Counted from the stretch's first letter, positions 1 through 9,788 are shown. The stretch is DNA of 64,000 nucleotides from Myxococcota bacterium (GCA_029251165.1 JAQXDW010000095.1:4423-68422), one strand, 5' to 3'. The notes: a model not told the origin generated them from the letters alone. Translations and numbers: made by a program.

Positions 1-811
1 CGAGGTTGGGGTCGAGCTCCGCGCCGGACTGGGTGAACATCGAGCGGATAATCGGGATCCCGGGAAGGAGGATGCCGCAGGCGATCAGGGCTGCGGCGTG
101 CGCACCGGTCATCACCAGGAGCACCGCAGGGATCAGCGCCCCGCCGACCAGGGTCAGCAGGAACTCTCCGCGCGCAAAACCAGGACCGAACCGGACCGCG
201 AGGGTGTTCTTGCCGACCTGGCTGTCTGAGGCGATGTCCCGCAGGTTGTTGACCACCAGGATCGCTGTCGACAGCAGGCCTGGCGCCAGCCCGGCGACGA
301 GCACCTCCGGGGGGACGGTGAGTGCCTGGACGAAGTAGGTCCCGCCGACGGCGACCGGCCCGAAGAACACCAGCACGAACAGGTCGCCGAGGCCCATGTA
401 CCCCAGGGGCTTCGGCCCGCCGGTGTACAGGATGCCCGAGATCACCGAGGAAACCCCGATGGCGACCACTGGCCAGCCTGCCCGCCATGTCAGGTAGGCA
501 ATCACCGGAACCATCAGCGCGAAGGTGATGATGAACGCCGCCTTCATCGCTGCGGGGGTGACGCGCCCGGACTGGGTCGCGCGCGCAGGGCCGACCCGCG
601 CGTCGGTGTCTGCGCCGTTGACGAAGTCGAAGTAGTCGTTGGCATAGTTGGTGCCGATCTGAATCAGCAGCGCCCCTGTCAGGGCAGCCAAGACCGCGCC
701 GGCATGGAACACGCCGTCGGAGATCGCCATCACGGTGCCGATGAGCACTGGTGCGAGGGCGGCGGGCAGGGTTCGCAGCCGGGCAGCGGAGATCCAGGTG
801 TTCTTGCTCAT
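1..811 (-). CDS. menA: 1,4-dihydroxy-2-naphthoate polyprenyltransferase (3' end runs off the window)
   Basis: Own translation from ATG 811: MSKNTWISAARLRTLPAALAPV...QIGTNYANDYFDFVNGAD...LYTGGPKPLGYMGLGD...VNNLRDIASD...GKNTLAVRFG. These are UbiA/MenA motifs. Start overlaps the menD stop (ATGA). Confidence 0.93.
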   Translation of the reverse strand, partial: MSKNTWISAARLRTLPAALAPVLIGTVMAISDGVFHAGAVLAALTGALLIQIGTNYANDYFDFVNGADTDARVGPARATQSGRVTPAAMKAAFIITFALMVPVIAYLTWRAGWPVVAIGVSSVISGILYTGGPKPLGYMGLGDLFVLVFFGPVAVGGTYFVQALTVPPEVLVAGLAPGLLSTAILVVNNLRDIASDSQVGKNTLAVRFGPGFARGEFLLTLVGGALIPAVLLVMTGAHAAALIACGILLPGIPIIRSMFTQSGAELDPNL

Positions 812-2526
812 AGGTGCCTCAGGGCCGCTGCGATCGCTGCACGGTGCAGCTGCCGGTGGAGGTCGGCGTTGTCGACCCGGTCGGTGGTCACCTCGATGAG
901 GGTCGGCCGGGGGAGCGCTCGGAAGTCTGACAGCGCCGCCGACAGCGCCGCCCCGTCGCGGGCCTCCACCACGCTCAGCCCGAACGCTGCCGCGACGGGG
1001 GCCAGCTGCCAGGAGTGGGTGGTGGCGAAGTGGCTGTCGAAGCCATTCTTGAGTCCGGCGATGGGGAGAAACGAGAAGATCCCGCCGCCGCCGTTGTTGA
1101 TCACCACGGCTGCGACGGAAGGGGTGCTCCGAGCCAGGATCGCCAGGGAGGAGAGGTCGTGGAGGGTGGAGAGGTCGCCGATGAGCGCCGCCGAGGGCTC
1201 ACCCAGGCCCGCAGTCCAGCCCGCGGCACAGGCCAGCAGCCCATCGATCCCGCTGGCCCCACGGTTGGCCGCGAGGTTCGGGGGGCGGGGATCGGCGAAC
1301 AGATCGAGATCGCGGATCGGCATGCTGTTGCCGGCGAACACGGGCAGCCCGGCTGCCGCGATTCGCCGGGCGATGTCCGGCTCGCTGCCGTCGGGGAGCA
1401 TCGGACCGACCGCGGCCTGCGCGGCCTGTGCCGCTGCAATGAGCGCCGGGTTTCCCGCGCCGACTCTCGGCAGCGCGCCGACCGCAGCGAGGTGGGCGGT
1501 GAGCTGAAGGGTCACGCAGTGGGCCGGATCGAGGCGTCCGGGGTCGGGGCGGATCACGACGTGGTGTGTCGGCGGGAGCTCGGCCAGCCAGGCGAGGTGG
1601 CGCTTGGAGAGCACCGGCCCGCCGAGGTGGAGGAGAACGTCTGGTGCGATCTTACGGCGGATCTCTGGAGATCCAAGCAAGGCATCCAGCATGGGCACCG
1701 TGCCGGTCAGCCCTGAGGTGAGGTCAGCCCAGACCGGCCAGCCCAGCGCGGTCGCGAGGGCCTGCGCGCTGGCCCGCTCGTCGGCATCATGGATCGCACC
1801 GATGACCACCAGGCCCCGTCGCGCGCTGCTGAGGATCTCCAGCAGCTCATCGCGATCCCCGGTCGCCGGGGTGAGCACGGGGAGCCGGGTGCGGGTCCAG
1901 GGATCCCCAGAGCGCAGCCACTGCTCAAGACGGGGATCCCTGACCGGGGGATCTCCGAGGTCGGGACCGCTGCCGGACAGTGGCTCGCGGAACATCAGGT
2001 TGAGGTGAACGGGACCGGGGGGCTGGCAGCGGGTGCGGTGGACCGCCTGGTCCAGCGTGGTCAGCAGCGCCTGGGGCGGCAGCCCGCTGCCGGGGCAGGG
2101 AACCTCTGCGTACCAGCGGGTGACGCCGCCGAACATCTTGACCTGATCGATGGTCTGGTTCGCCCCGGTGTCTCGCAGCTCAGGGGGGCGATCCGCCGAC
2201 AGCAGCAGCAGCGGAACCCCGGCAGCGTCCGCCTCAACAGCAGCCGGCAGGGCATTTGCCATTGCGGTGCCCGATGTGGTGATGAGCGCTGCGGGCTGCC
2301 CGGTCGCCCGTCCGATCCCCAGCGCGAAGAACGCAGCCCCGCGCTCATCGGTGATCACCGACTGCGGCAGGTCACGCCGCTCCGCCAAGGCAGCAGTCAG
2401 CGGGGTGGAGCGAGAGCCCGGGGCCGCGCAGAAGTGAGCCACGCCCGCCCGAGACAGCTCCTCGATGATCAGCCGACCGGCTTCGATGTTGTCTGTGGCG
2501 GTGCTCGGCGGACCGGTGCCGATCAC
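808..2526 (-). CDS. menD: SEPHCHC synthase (TPP-dependent)
   Basis: APGSRSTPL, DERGAAFFALG, TTSGTA, ADRPPEL, GANQTIDQ, NRGASGIDG, GDLS, NNGGGGIF motifs. GTG at 2526 overlaps the menF stop (GTGA). Confidence 0.95.
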   Translation of the reverse strand: MIGTGPPSTATDNIEAGRLIIEELSRAGVAHFCAAPGSRSTPLTAALAERRDLPQSVITDERGAAFFALGIGRATGQPAALITTSGTAMANALPAAVEADAAGVPLLLLSADRPPELRDTGANQTIDQVKMFGGVTRWYAEVPCPGSGLPPQALLTTLDQAVHRTRCQPPGPVHLNLMFREPLSGSGPDLGDPPVRDPRLEQWLRSGDPWTRTRLPVLTPATGDRDELLEILSSARRGLVVIGAIHDADERASAQALATALGWPVWADLTSGLTGTVPMLDALLGSPEIRRKIAPDVLLHLGGPVLSKRHLAWLAELPPTHHVVIRPDPGRLDPAHCVTLQLTAHLAAVGALPRVGAGNPALIAAAQAAQAAVGPMLPDGSEPDIARRIAAAGLPVFAGNSMPIRDLDLFADPRPPNLAANRGASGIDGLLACAAGWTAGLGEPSAALIGDLSTLHDLSSLAILARSTPSVAAVVINNGGGGIFSFLPIAGLKNGFDSHFATTHSWQLAPVAAAFGLSVVEARDGAALSAALSDFRALPRPTLIEVTTDRVDNADLHRQLHRAAIAAALRHL

Positions 2527-3818
2527 GATCCCACCGCCTGCTGCTGAACGGGGGGCTGCAGGAGACCGGTGAGGCGGCTGCTCTTGGCACCCAGCTCTGC
2601 CCACTCCGCTTCGGCCTGTGAGCCCTCGACGATGCCAGCACCGGTGCAGAACCGCAGCGAGTCACCGAGCACGAGCACCGAGCGGATGCCGACTGCAAAC
2701 TCCGCTGCGTCGTGGTCGACCCAGCCGACCGGTCCGGCGTACCAGCCGCGGTCGAAGGGCTCTGCGCGCGCGATGAACGCCCGCGCCCGATCTGTTGGGC
2801 GTCCGCAGACCGCAGGGGTCGGGTGCATCGCGGCGAGGAGATCGGTGTCGGAGGTGGTGCTGGAGAGGGTGCCGGTGAACGGGGTGTGCAGGTGCTGGAC
2901 CTGACTCAGCTGACGGATCTGGGGATGCGCGTCGCGAGAGAGCGCAGTGCACAGGGGGGCAAGATCGGCCTCGATGGCCTCGACCACATGGTGGTGCTCT
3001 GCTCGCTCCTTGGTGCTGGCGAGCAGCTCGGCGGCGAGACGCTGGTCGTCGTGGAGGGAGTCTCCCCGTCGACGGGTGCCGGCGAGGGCCTCCGTGGAGA
3101 GCGTCCGACCCTCGCGGCGGAACAGCCGCTCTGGAGAGCAGCCGACGAAGGCATGCCCGGCTGTGACCTCGAAGCCGAACACAAACCCGCCGGGCTGCTG
3201 AAGGCGGGCGAGCAGGGCGAACGGATCGACCGGAGCGTGAAGGGCGACGGTGGTCTGTCGGGCGAGCACGACCTTTCGCATCGCACCGGAGTCAAACGCA
3301 GCGGTCGCCGAACGGATGCCGCCGCTCCAGCCGGCAAGGTCCGGTGCCTGCGCGGTGATCGCGCCGATGATCGCATCGCCCGGTGGTGTCGCTTCAGCGG
3401 TGACGCCTGACAGGTCTGTGCCGCTGCGGCAGTCCAGGGTGAGGGTGAGCCCTTCCTCGGAGGACTCCAGTCGCAGGAGGGGCAGGAAGAAGCGCTGCCG
3501 ACCCAGCGGCGCCCAGGCATCATCGGTGGGAGCATCTGGATCAAATGCCATGCCGCCGAAGTAGCGCCCGCACAGCTCACCGGTGAGGTCAGCTCGGACA
3601 TCGGCGAAGCCCCACCCGGCGCACACGCTCCCGCTCCGATCGGCCCAGTACAGTCGATGACCCGCCGGCTGCGCGATCAGCCACGACAGCGGATCGACGG
3701 GCTGGACAATCCCGACTGTGAGCACCATGCCGGTCATGTCCACGGCACTGCCTCGAAGGGTCGCGAGGCCCTCGGCGAGGGTGCTCGCGTCAGGGTATCG
3801 GATGACGCGCAGGCTCAC
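2523..3818 (-). CDS. menF: Isochorismate synthase
   Basis: KVVLAR, SPERL, ALAGT, KERAEH, HPTPAVCG, RGWYAGPVG, GAGIV chorismate-binding motifs; men operon context. Confidence 0.92.
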   Translation of the reverse strand: MSLRVIRYPDASTLAEGLATLRGSAVDMTGMVLTVGIVQPVDPLSWLIAQPAGHRLYWADRSGSVCAGWGFADVRADLTGELCGRYFGGMAFDPDAPTDDAWAPLGRQRFFLPLLRLESSEEGLTLTLDCRSGTDLSGVTAEATPPGDAIIGAITAQAPDLAGWSGGIRSATAAFDSGAMRKVVLARQTTVALHAPVDPFALLARLQQPGGFVFGFEVTAGHAFVGCSPERLFRREGRTLSTEALAGTRRRGDSLHDDQRLAAELLASTKERAEHHHVVEAIEADLAPLCTALSRDAHPQIRQLSQVQHLHTPFTGTLSSTTSDTDLLAAMHPTPAVCGRPTDRARAFIARAEPFDRGWYAGPVGWVDHDAAEFAVGIRSVLVLGDSLRFCTGAGIVEGSQAEAEWAELGAKSSRLTGLLQPPVQQQAVGS

Positions 3819-4552
3819 CGCACGCCCACGTAGATGGTCGCGATTCCAAAGGTCAGGCGGTGCGCGGTCGCAGACGAGAACCCGGCGGTGGTCATCAGGT
3901 CGCAGAACGCCTGGCCGTAGGGAAAGGCCTCGATGGTGGTGTTCAGGTAGCGGTAGGCATCGCGATCACCGCTGACCAGCCCGCCGACCAGCGGCAGGAT
4001 GTGGCGGAGGTAGAAGAGGTGTCCGGCCCGCACGATGGCGCTCTTCGGCAGCGAGAATTCCAGGATGATCGCACGGCCGCCCGGCTTGAGCACCCGGCAC
4101 ATCTCAGCGAGCGCCTTGTCGACGTGGACCACGTTGCGGATGCCAAACGAGATGGTCACCGCGTCGAAGCGGCTGTCCTCGAGGGGCATGCTGGTGGCAT
4201 CGCCGTCGAGCATGGAGATGGTGTCAGACAGGCCGAGCTGGAGGACCTTCTCTCGGCCCTTCTCCAGCATCCCGGCGGACATGTCCATGCCCACCGCCTC
4301 GTTAAATCGCCCGGACTTCACCAGAGAGATCACCTGATCGCCGGTCCCGGTCGCCAGATCGAGCAGGACCATGTCGCGCTCTTTTGGCATGTGGGTGGCG
4401 ACCGTCTTGCGCCAGCGGATGTCGAGTCCAAACGACAGCAGGCGGTTGACCAGGTCGTAGGTCGGAGCGATGCGGTCGAACATCCGCCAGACGTCCGCGC
4501 GCTGGACGCCGCTGGGCTCTGTATGGATGTGGGTGTAGTTGTCGGAGCTCAC
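3815..4552 (-). CDS. menG: Demethylmenaquinone methyltransferase (UbiE/MenG)
   Basis: MFDRIAPTYDLVNRLLSFG, LDLATGTGD, FGIRNV, RVLKPGG, AYRYL. GTG start at 4552 overlaps the aroE stop. Confidence 0.93.
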   Translation of the reverse strand: MSSDNYTHIHTEPSGVQRADVWRMFDRIAPTYDLVNRLLSFGLDIRWRKTVATHMPKERDMVLLDLATGTGDQVISLVKSGRFNEAVGMDMSAGMLEKGREKVLQLGLSDTISMLDGDATSMPLEDSRFDAVTISFGIRNVVHVDKALAEMCRVLKPGGRAIILEFSLPKSAIVRAGHLFYLRHILPLVGGLVSGDRDAYRYLNTTIEAFPYGQAFCDLMTTAGFSSATAHRLTFGIATIYVGVR

Positions 4553-5454
4553 GCTTCCTCCAGGGCGGCCCGCATCTCGCGGACCGGGGGTGCTTCGTTG
4601 GTCCACCAGGCGAAGCTGAGTGCGGCCTGCTGAATGAGCATGCCGAGACCGGTCAGGGCACGGGCACCGTCGGCGCGGGCGGCTGCCAGCATCGGGGTGA
4701 CCAGCGGAGCGTAGACGAGGTCGACGACCACCTGATCGGGGGTAAAGCGGACCGGCCAGGGGCTCGCAGCACCGGTGGGGGTGCGCACGTTGTGCATACC
4801 GACCGGGGTGCAGTTGATGATGAGTGCGCCAGGGTCGATGGTGTCAGCGCGCATCGGCCAGGGCGTGACGGTGACCCTCTGGGTGGGAAAGTACCGGGCG
4901 AGGTCTTCGCAGAGTCGATCGGCCCGCTGAGAGGTTCGGTTGGCGATGATCATCGGTCCGCAGCCACGCTCCGCGAGCCCAAACGCCACTGCTCGTGCTG
5001 CGCCGCCCGCCCCGAGGATCACCACCGGTCGGCCCGGAAGGGAGATCTCGTTTGCCGAGAGATCAGAGATGAAGCCGATGGCATCGGTGTTGCCGCCGAT
5101 GAGTCGCCCGCTGGCGTCGATTCGGATGGTGTTGACGGCTCCGATTCGGTGGGCGGAGGGGGTGATCTCATCGAGATGGGGGATCACCGACTCCTTGAAC
5201 GGCATGGTGACGTTGGCGCCGACGAAGCCCATCGCCCGCATCCCACGGATCGCATCGACGAGCCGGGTCTCGTCCCCTGCTTGGACCGGCAGCGGCAGGT
5301 ACACCCAGTCCAGGCCCAGCGACGTGAACGCCTCGTTGTGCAGGCGCAGGCTCAGGGAGTAGCGGACGTCTCCACCCAGCAGACCGACGATCCGGGTGTG
5401 TCCGGTGATGCCTTGCTCTGCGGCGGCGTGGCTGCTCATGGCCTTGTCATTCAT
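4549..5454 (-). CDS. aroE: Shikimate dehydrogenase
   Basis: SLS..LHN, GANVTMPFKE, GAVNT, GNTD..GF, LGAGGAARA, NRT, DLVYAP, GLGMLIQQA. Probable ATG at 5454. Confidence 0.92.
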   Translation of the reverse strand: MNDKAMSSHAAAEQGITGHTRIVGLLGGDVRYSLSLRLHNEAFTSLGLDWVYLPLPVQAGDETRLVDAIRGMRAMGFVGANVTMPFKESVIPHLDEITPSAHRIGAVNTIRIDASGRLIGGNTDAIGFISDLSANEISLPGRPVVILGAGGAARAVAFGLAERGCGPMIIANRTSQRADRLCEDLARYFPTQRVTVTPWPMRADTIDPGALIINCTPVGMHNVRTPTGAASPWPVRFTPDQVVVDLVYAPLVTPMLAAARADGARALTGLGMLIQQAALSFAWWTNEAPPVREMRAALEEA

Positions 5455-6040
5455 TTCGGTGTCCTCCCCGGCGCAGCCGCATGGCAAGCCGTATGGACTC
5501 AAGGAAGCTGCGGAAGTCGAGGTGGGTGGTCCCGAGGAACACCATCAGCGCTTGCTCCATCACGTCGGCGAGCTGACGCATGCGCTTGATCCGATCGATG
5601 ACGTCAGAGGGGGCTCCGCTGCGGCGAGCTTCTTCTTCGGCTTCTGCCAGGGTGCTGCCCGCCTCTCGGATGACCCCTGCCTCTCGCCGCTGGATCATGC
5701 TGGAGATCATCGAGGTCAGCTCGGTGTTCGCCACATAGCGCCGGGTGCCGCTGCCCGGGTCGATGATGCGCTCGACGATGCCGAGGTTCTCCAGGTCGCG
5801 GGTGAGCATGGAGACGGCCCCCTTGGAGAGGTCGAGATCTCTCTGAAGCTCTGCGGCGCTCAGCGCGGCGTTGCGCAGGTACAGCAGCGCCCAGATCCGG
5901 CCGTGGTTTTGCTTGAATCCCCAGAAACCGATGACGCCACCGACGACATCGACAACCTTGACCTCCCACGATGCCAGCAGCTGTGACGTCGTGGGGGTGG
6001 GAGCTGCGGAGCCCCAGGGTCTGCCCAGCGCCGGGCTCAT
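5447..6040 (-). CDS. GbsR/MarR-family winged-helix transcriptional regulator
   Basis: FWGF...GRIWALLYL...LSAAELQRDLDLSKGAVSMLTRDLENLGIV...RRYV is typical of GbsR-type MarR proteins. ATG 6040 overlaps the upstream gene's stop. Confidence 0.8.
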   Translation of the reverse strand: MSPALGRPWGSAAPTPTTSQLLASWEVKVVDVVGGVIGFWGFKQNHGRIWALLYLRNAALSAAELQRDLDLSKGAVSMLTRDLENLGIVERIIDPGSGTRRYVANTELTSMISSMIQRREAGVIREAGSTLAEAEEEARRSGAPSDVIDRIKRMRQLADVMEQALMVFLGTTHLDFRSFLESIRLAMRLRRGGHRNE

Positions 6041-7026
6041 CCCGCCCGCTCCAGGGCAAAGCCCCGCCACATCATGGTTGCCCAGGCGGCCATCTCCGCG
6101 CAGCCAGGCCGCTCCTGGTACGGGCCGAGCGCATCGAGTGCTGCGGAGATCTCTTCACCGAGCATGTCGTAGGTCCGCGAGACCGCGCCGGTGTCGACGA
6201 CGGCCTGGCCGATGCGGTTGATCTCCTCAGGGGTCAGCGACTCCTTCCTCCAGGCGGCCTCCAGATCTCGGCGGAGGCCGTTGGAGGACTGGAGGGCGAG
6301 GATGAGCGGGTAAGAAGGGTTGGCGTTTCGGATGTCGGCGAACCGATCCTTGCCGATGTTCCCGCCGAGGATGTCCTTGAGATCGTCGGCCATCTGGAAG
6401 GCGACGCCGAAGCGATCACCGAACTGACCGAAGCCATCAAGGGCAGCATCATCTCCAGCCAGCCACGCCGCGCTGCGGCCGCACCAGCGGAACATCGCGC
6501 CGGTCTTTCCAAGCGCGATGTAGCGCCACTGCTGGATCGGCACATCGGTGCGCCCGCGAACATGGGCCTCCAGCATCGCTGCTCGGCTCATCGCCGCGAC
6601 AAGCTTCAGGGCTTCCTCGGTGATCGGGCGCTTCCAGCGGCGCAGGCCGTAGATGGCTTCTGACAGCAGCATGTCTCCGGCGAGGACGGCGGTGAGGTTG
6701 TCCCACCGCGCGTTGACCGTCTGGCGGCCGCGGCGCATGGTGCCTTCATCGATGACGTCATCGTGCATCAGGCTTGCGCCATGGATGAACTCCGCTGCCA
6801 TCGCGATGTCCGCCAGCGCATCTGTGTCGGCCTGGACGGCGAGGCCGAACATGTAGACCATGCGAGGACGAGCGCGCTTGGCCTCGCCAGCGAGGCACAG
6901 GTGGCGTGCGGCGTCGGCCATGACCGGGAGATCGGACCAGGAGGCCTCAGTGTCCCAGGAGAGGGCGACGTCGATGCGATGCTCGACCTCGGCAAGAAAG
7001 GCAGGCTGCTCTGCGATGCTGTTCAT
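6037..7026 (-). CDS. Polyprenyl diphosphate synthase (menaquinone side chain)
   Basis: KRARP, ASLMHDDVIDEGTMRRG (first DDxxD), GKTGA, AFQMADDLKD (second DDxxD). First gene of the men operon. Confidence 0.92.
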   Translation of the reverse strand: MNSIAEQPAFLAEVEHRIDVALSWDTEASWSDLPVMADAARHLCLAGEAKRARPRMVYMFGLAVQADTDALADIAMAAEFIHGASLMHDDVIDEGTMRRGRQTVNARWDNLTAVLAGDMLLSEAIYGLRRWKRPITEEALKLVAAMSRAAMLEAHVRGRTDVPIQQWRYIALGKTGAMFRWCGRSAAWLAGDDAALDGFGQFGDRFGVAFQMADDLKDILGGNIGKDRFADIRNANPSYPLILALQSSNGLRRDLEAAWRKESLTPEEINRIGQAVVDTGAVSRTYDMLGEEISAALDALGPYQERPGCAEMAAWATMMWRGFALERAG

Positions 7027-7032
7027 GCCGGA

Positions 7033-7061
7033 GATATATCGCCGTCAGAATCATAGTTCAA
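7033..7061 (-). promoter_or_regulatory. Putative sigma70 promoter of the men operon (leaderless)
   Basis: Minus strand reads TTGAAC-N17-TATATC-N6-ATG(7026); no Shine-Dalgarno. Confidence 0.55.
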
Positions 7062-7094
7062 GGCTTCTTGAACCTTTTTCAAGGCTTCTTGAAC
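7056..7094. promoter_or_regulatory. Tandem palindromic operator
   Basis: TTCAAGGCTTCTTGAAC occurs at 7057-7073 and 7078-7094 (21-bp period). Each copy is the inverted repeat TTCAAG-N4-CTTGAA. The first copy overlaps the -35. Confidence 0.7.
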
Positions 7095-7183
7095 TGCTCA
7101 CACGGATGGCGGCATGGTGTCTCGGCTTCCACCCAATTTCATGCGCGGATCATCATCGTATTTGTACCCTTCTTCGGTTGTCT

Positions 7184-8200
7184 TCAAGCACGCAGCACCA
7201 TCCGCCCCCGGAGCCCTCCCGCGAGCAATCTACGCTGCACCACATCGGCATCCTCCAGCGCGTGCTCTTCCGTCACAATCGACACAAAAGCCTGCCGTCG
7301 ATGCTCCGCCAGCACCGCCGCCATGTCCTGTGGGCTCGCGCCTCCGGGACCGATCACTGACTTCCCCATTGTGATCAGGTGTCCGAGGTTTACCGGGCTT
7401 CGCTCATTCGTCACGTTCCCCACAACCACCACCCGCCCCCCGACCCGCAGGCTCCGCACCGCTGCATTGAACGTCGGCACACCCACGCAGTCCAGCGCGA
7501 GGTCTGCTGGTGCGATGCTGTAGTGAAAGCGATTGTCCTTCGAGACCACCACCTGTGTGGCGCCCAGCGACTTCAGGTACGCCTCGTGCCCCGCTCGACG
7601 AACCACTGCGACCACTTCGTCAGCGAATCGCGCGGCGATCTGAACTGCAGCCGCCCCGACCCCACCGTTCGCCCCGGTGATCAGCACCCGCTCTCCCTTC
7701 ACGAGCTTTCCGGCAGTCACCAGGCTGCGCCATGCCGTCCCGAAGGTGCAGTGCAGGCTCGCGGCCATTCCCGCGTCCATGTCTTTATCTGCTCGATATA
7801 AACCGTTACACGGTAATATAAGGTGTCTTGCGTAGGTCCCGTCAGCGAGCAGGCCCAGCACCCAGGCACCAGACTGACACAGCGACGTCTCGCCTGCTGA
7901 GCAGGTGGTGCAATCTCCACAATTGTTACGGTGTAACGTTGCTACACGGTCTCCGATGGACCACTCCGATCCCGCTCCGACCGCCACAATCCGGCCCACA
8001 CCCTCGTGTCCGGGCACCACGGGGGTCTGGAGGAACGGGATGCGCCCGTCGCGATCGATGAGGTCGCGGTAGCACACCCCGGTGGCCTCGATGGCGACGG
8101 TGACCTGTCCCGGTCCGGGCTGCGGCACCGTGCCATCTCCCGTCACCACCGCGAGGTCTGCATCCCAGCCCGACTCCGTCATCACGATCTTCTCAATCAT
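7184..8200 (-). CDS. Zinc-dependent medium-chain alcohol dehydrogenase/reductase
   Basis: GVCYRD, PGHEGVG, CGDCTTC...C structural Zn site, ITGANGGVG. Confidence 0.88.
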   Translation of the reverse strand: MIEKIVMTESGWDADLAVVTGDGTVPQPGPGQVTVAIEATGVCYRDLIDRDGRIPFLQTPVVPGHEGVGRIVAVGAGSEWSIGDRVATLHRNNCGDCTTCSAGETSLCQSGAWVLGLLADGTYARHLILPCNGLYRADKDMDAGMAASLHCTFGTAWRSLVTAGKLVKGERVLITGANGGVGAAAVQIAARFADEVVAVVRRAGHEAYLKSLGATQVVVSKDNRFHYSIAPADLALDCVGVPTFNAAVRSLRVGGRVVVVGNVTNERSPVNLGHLITMGKSVIGPGGASPQDMAAVLAEHRRQAFVSIVTEEHALEDADVVQRRLLAGGLRGRMVLRA

Positions 8201-8216
8201 CCTTGTGTCACCTTTG

Positions 8217-8828
8217 TTACGGTTTATTCATCGGTCGCGGTGCATTGCTCGGGTTGTGGCACGTGCTCTCTCCGGCGCGCAGGGCTGACGCGGCCCGCTC
8301 GCAGGCCCTTTGAAGCACCGGAGAGCCTTCGCAGGTGCCCACCTGATCGCAGACCACCGCCTCCGCGAGGTGGTGTCCCAACCAGTCCGCCAGGATGCCG
8401 TCCCAGGCGGTGACCGAGGCCAGCGCCGCAGCACTCGGACGCGCCGCACGCCACCGCTGCACCGCATGGCTCACGCAGTGTGGTGCGTTCTCTTCCGCCC
8501 ACGCTCCGCACCGCTCCACCTGGACCAGCAGCGCCGACTCTGCCCGAAAGTCCAGGACGTCCAGTCGACAGTCTGCGTCTCCGCAGGCCGTCAGCAGCGC
8601 CTCGGTGCTCACTCCGCTGCCCGGCTGAAGGCGCGCCTCTACCCACCGCGCCCGGCACCGATCCTCCCAGGCTCCAGCTGCTGCGCAGTGTGCCGCATCG
8701 GTCAGTCCACCCGCGAGCGATGCCACGCAGTAGCCGTAGACATCAGGGATCTCAGCGTAGCCGCGACATCCCTCCGTGGCCCCTGCTGGGACCTCGGGTT
8801 GGCAGGCCTGGAGGAGAAGGAGGAGCAC
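8217..8828 (-). CDS. Cys-rich putative lipoprotein
   Basis: MLLLLLQAC lipobox-like start; many paired Cys; GC3-biased frame. Confidence 0.65.
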   Translation of the reverse strand: MLLLLLQACQPEVPAGATEGCRGYAEIPDVYGYCVASLAGGLTDAAHCAAAGAWEDRCRARWVEARLQPGSGVSTEALLTACGDADCRLDVLDFRAESALLVQVERCGAWAEENAPHCVSHAVQRWRAARPSAAALASVTAWDGILADWLGHHLAEAVVCDQVGTCEGSPVLQRACERAASALRAGESTCHNPSNAPRPMNKP

Positions 8829-8861
8829 GTGGGCATGGTACCCCGGTGGTATGCTGACTCC

Positions 8862-9788
8862 ATGAAGATCGTGGTGACAGGTGGTGCTGGCTTCATTGGC
8901 TCAGTGCTCGTTCCCCGGCTCTTAGATGCCGGCCATCATGTCCACGTCGTGGACAACCTCATGTTCGGCGGGCAGGGAATGCTGCCGCTGTTCATCAACC
9001 CTCGCTTCTCGTTCGCCGAGGTCGACGTCACCCACCGTGACAAGCTCGCTCCCGAGCTTGCTGGCGCGGACGTGGTGATCCACCTCGCGGCATTGGTCGG
9101 CTATCCGCTGTGCAAGAAGCTCCCGGAGCGTGCCCAGGTGGTCAACGTCCAGGGTGCCCGCAACGTGCTGGAGCTGGCCCCGAAGGGCTGCCGGATGGTC
9201 TACGCCTCGACCGGCAGCAATTACGGTGAGGTCGAGGGCATCTGCACCGAGGCCACCCCGCTCAATCCGCTGTCTCTCTACGGACACACCAAGACCGACG
9301 CCGAGACCCTGTTCCTGGCCCATGAGAACTCGGTCTCGCTGCGGTTCGCCACGGCGTTTGGCATCTCGCCCCGGCTGCGGCTGGACCTGATGATCAACGA
9401 CTTCACCTGGCAGGCGATCCACCAGCGCTACCTCGTCGTCTACGAGAAGCACTTCCGGCGCACCTTCATCCACGTCATCGACATCGCCCGAGCGATCATC
9501 CACGTCATGGATCCCGGCGTCTGTAGCGGCCACAAGGTGTTCAACGTCGGGCACAATTCCCTGAACTACACCAAGGAAGACATCGTCAACCTCATCAAGG
9601 ATCGGGTGGACTTCATGGTCCACTACGCCGAGTTCGGCACCGATGCCGACAAGCGCGACTATGAGGTCGACTACTCCCGGATCAGCGAGTCTGGCTTCAA
9701 GACGATCATCGACATCAACACCGGACTCTCCGAGATGGTCGGTGCGCTGAAGCTGATGCGGATCAAGAACCCCTACAGCAACGTCTGA
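8862..9788 (+). CDS. NAD-dependent nucleotide-sugar epimerase/dehydratase
   Basis: MKIVVTGGAGFIGS, HLAALVG, YGHTK (YxxxK). True start is ATG 8862. Confidence 0.9.
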   Translation: MKIVVTGGAGFIGSVLVPRLLDAGHHVHVVDNLMFGGQGMLPLFINPRFSFAEVDVTHRDKLAPELAGADVVIHLAALVGYPLCKKLPERAQVVNVQGARNVLELAPKGCRMVYASTGSNYGEVEGICTEATPLNPLSLYGHTKTDAETLFLAHENSVSLRFATAFGISPRLRLDLMINDFTWQAIHQRYLVVYEKHFRRTFIHVIDIARAIIHVMDPGVCSGHKVFNVGHNSLNYTKEDIVNLIKDRVDFMVHYAEFGTDADKRDYEVDYSRISESGFKTIIDINTGLSEMVGALKLMRIKNPYSNV

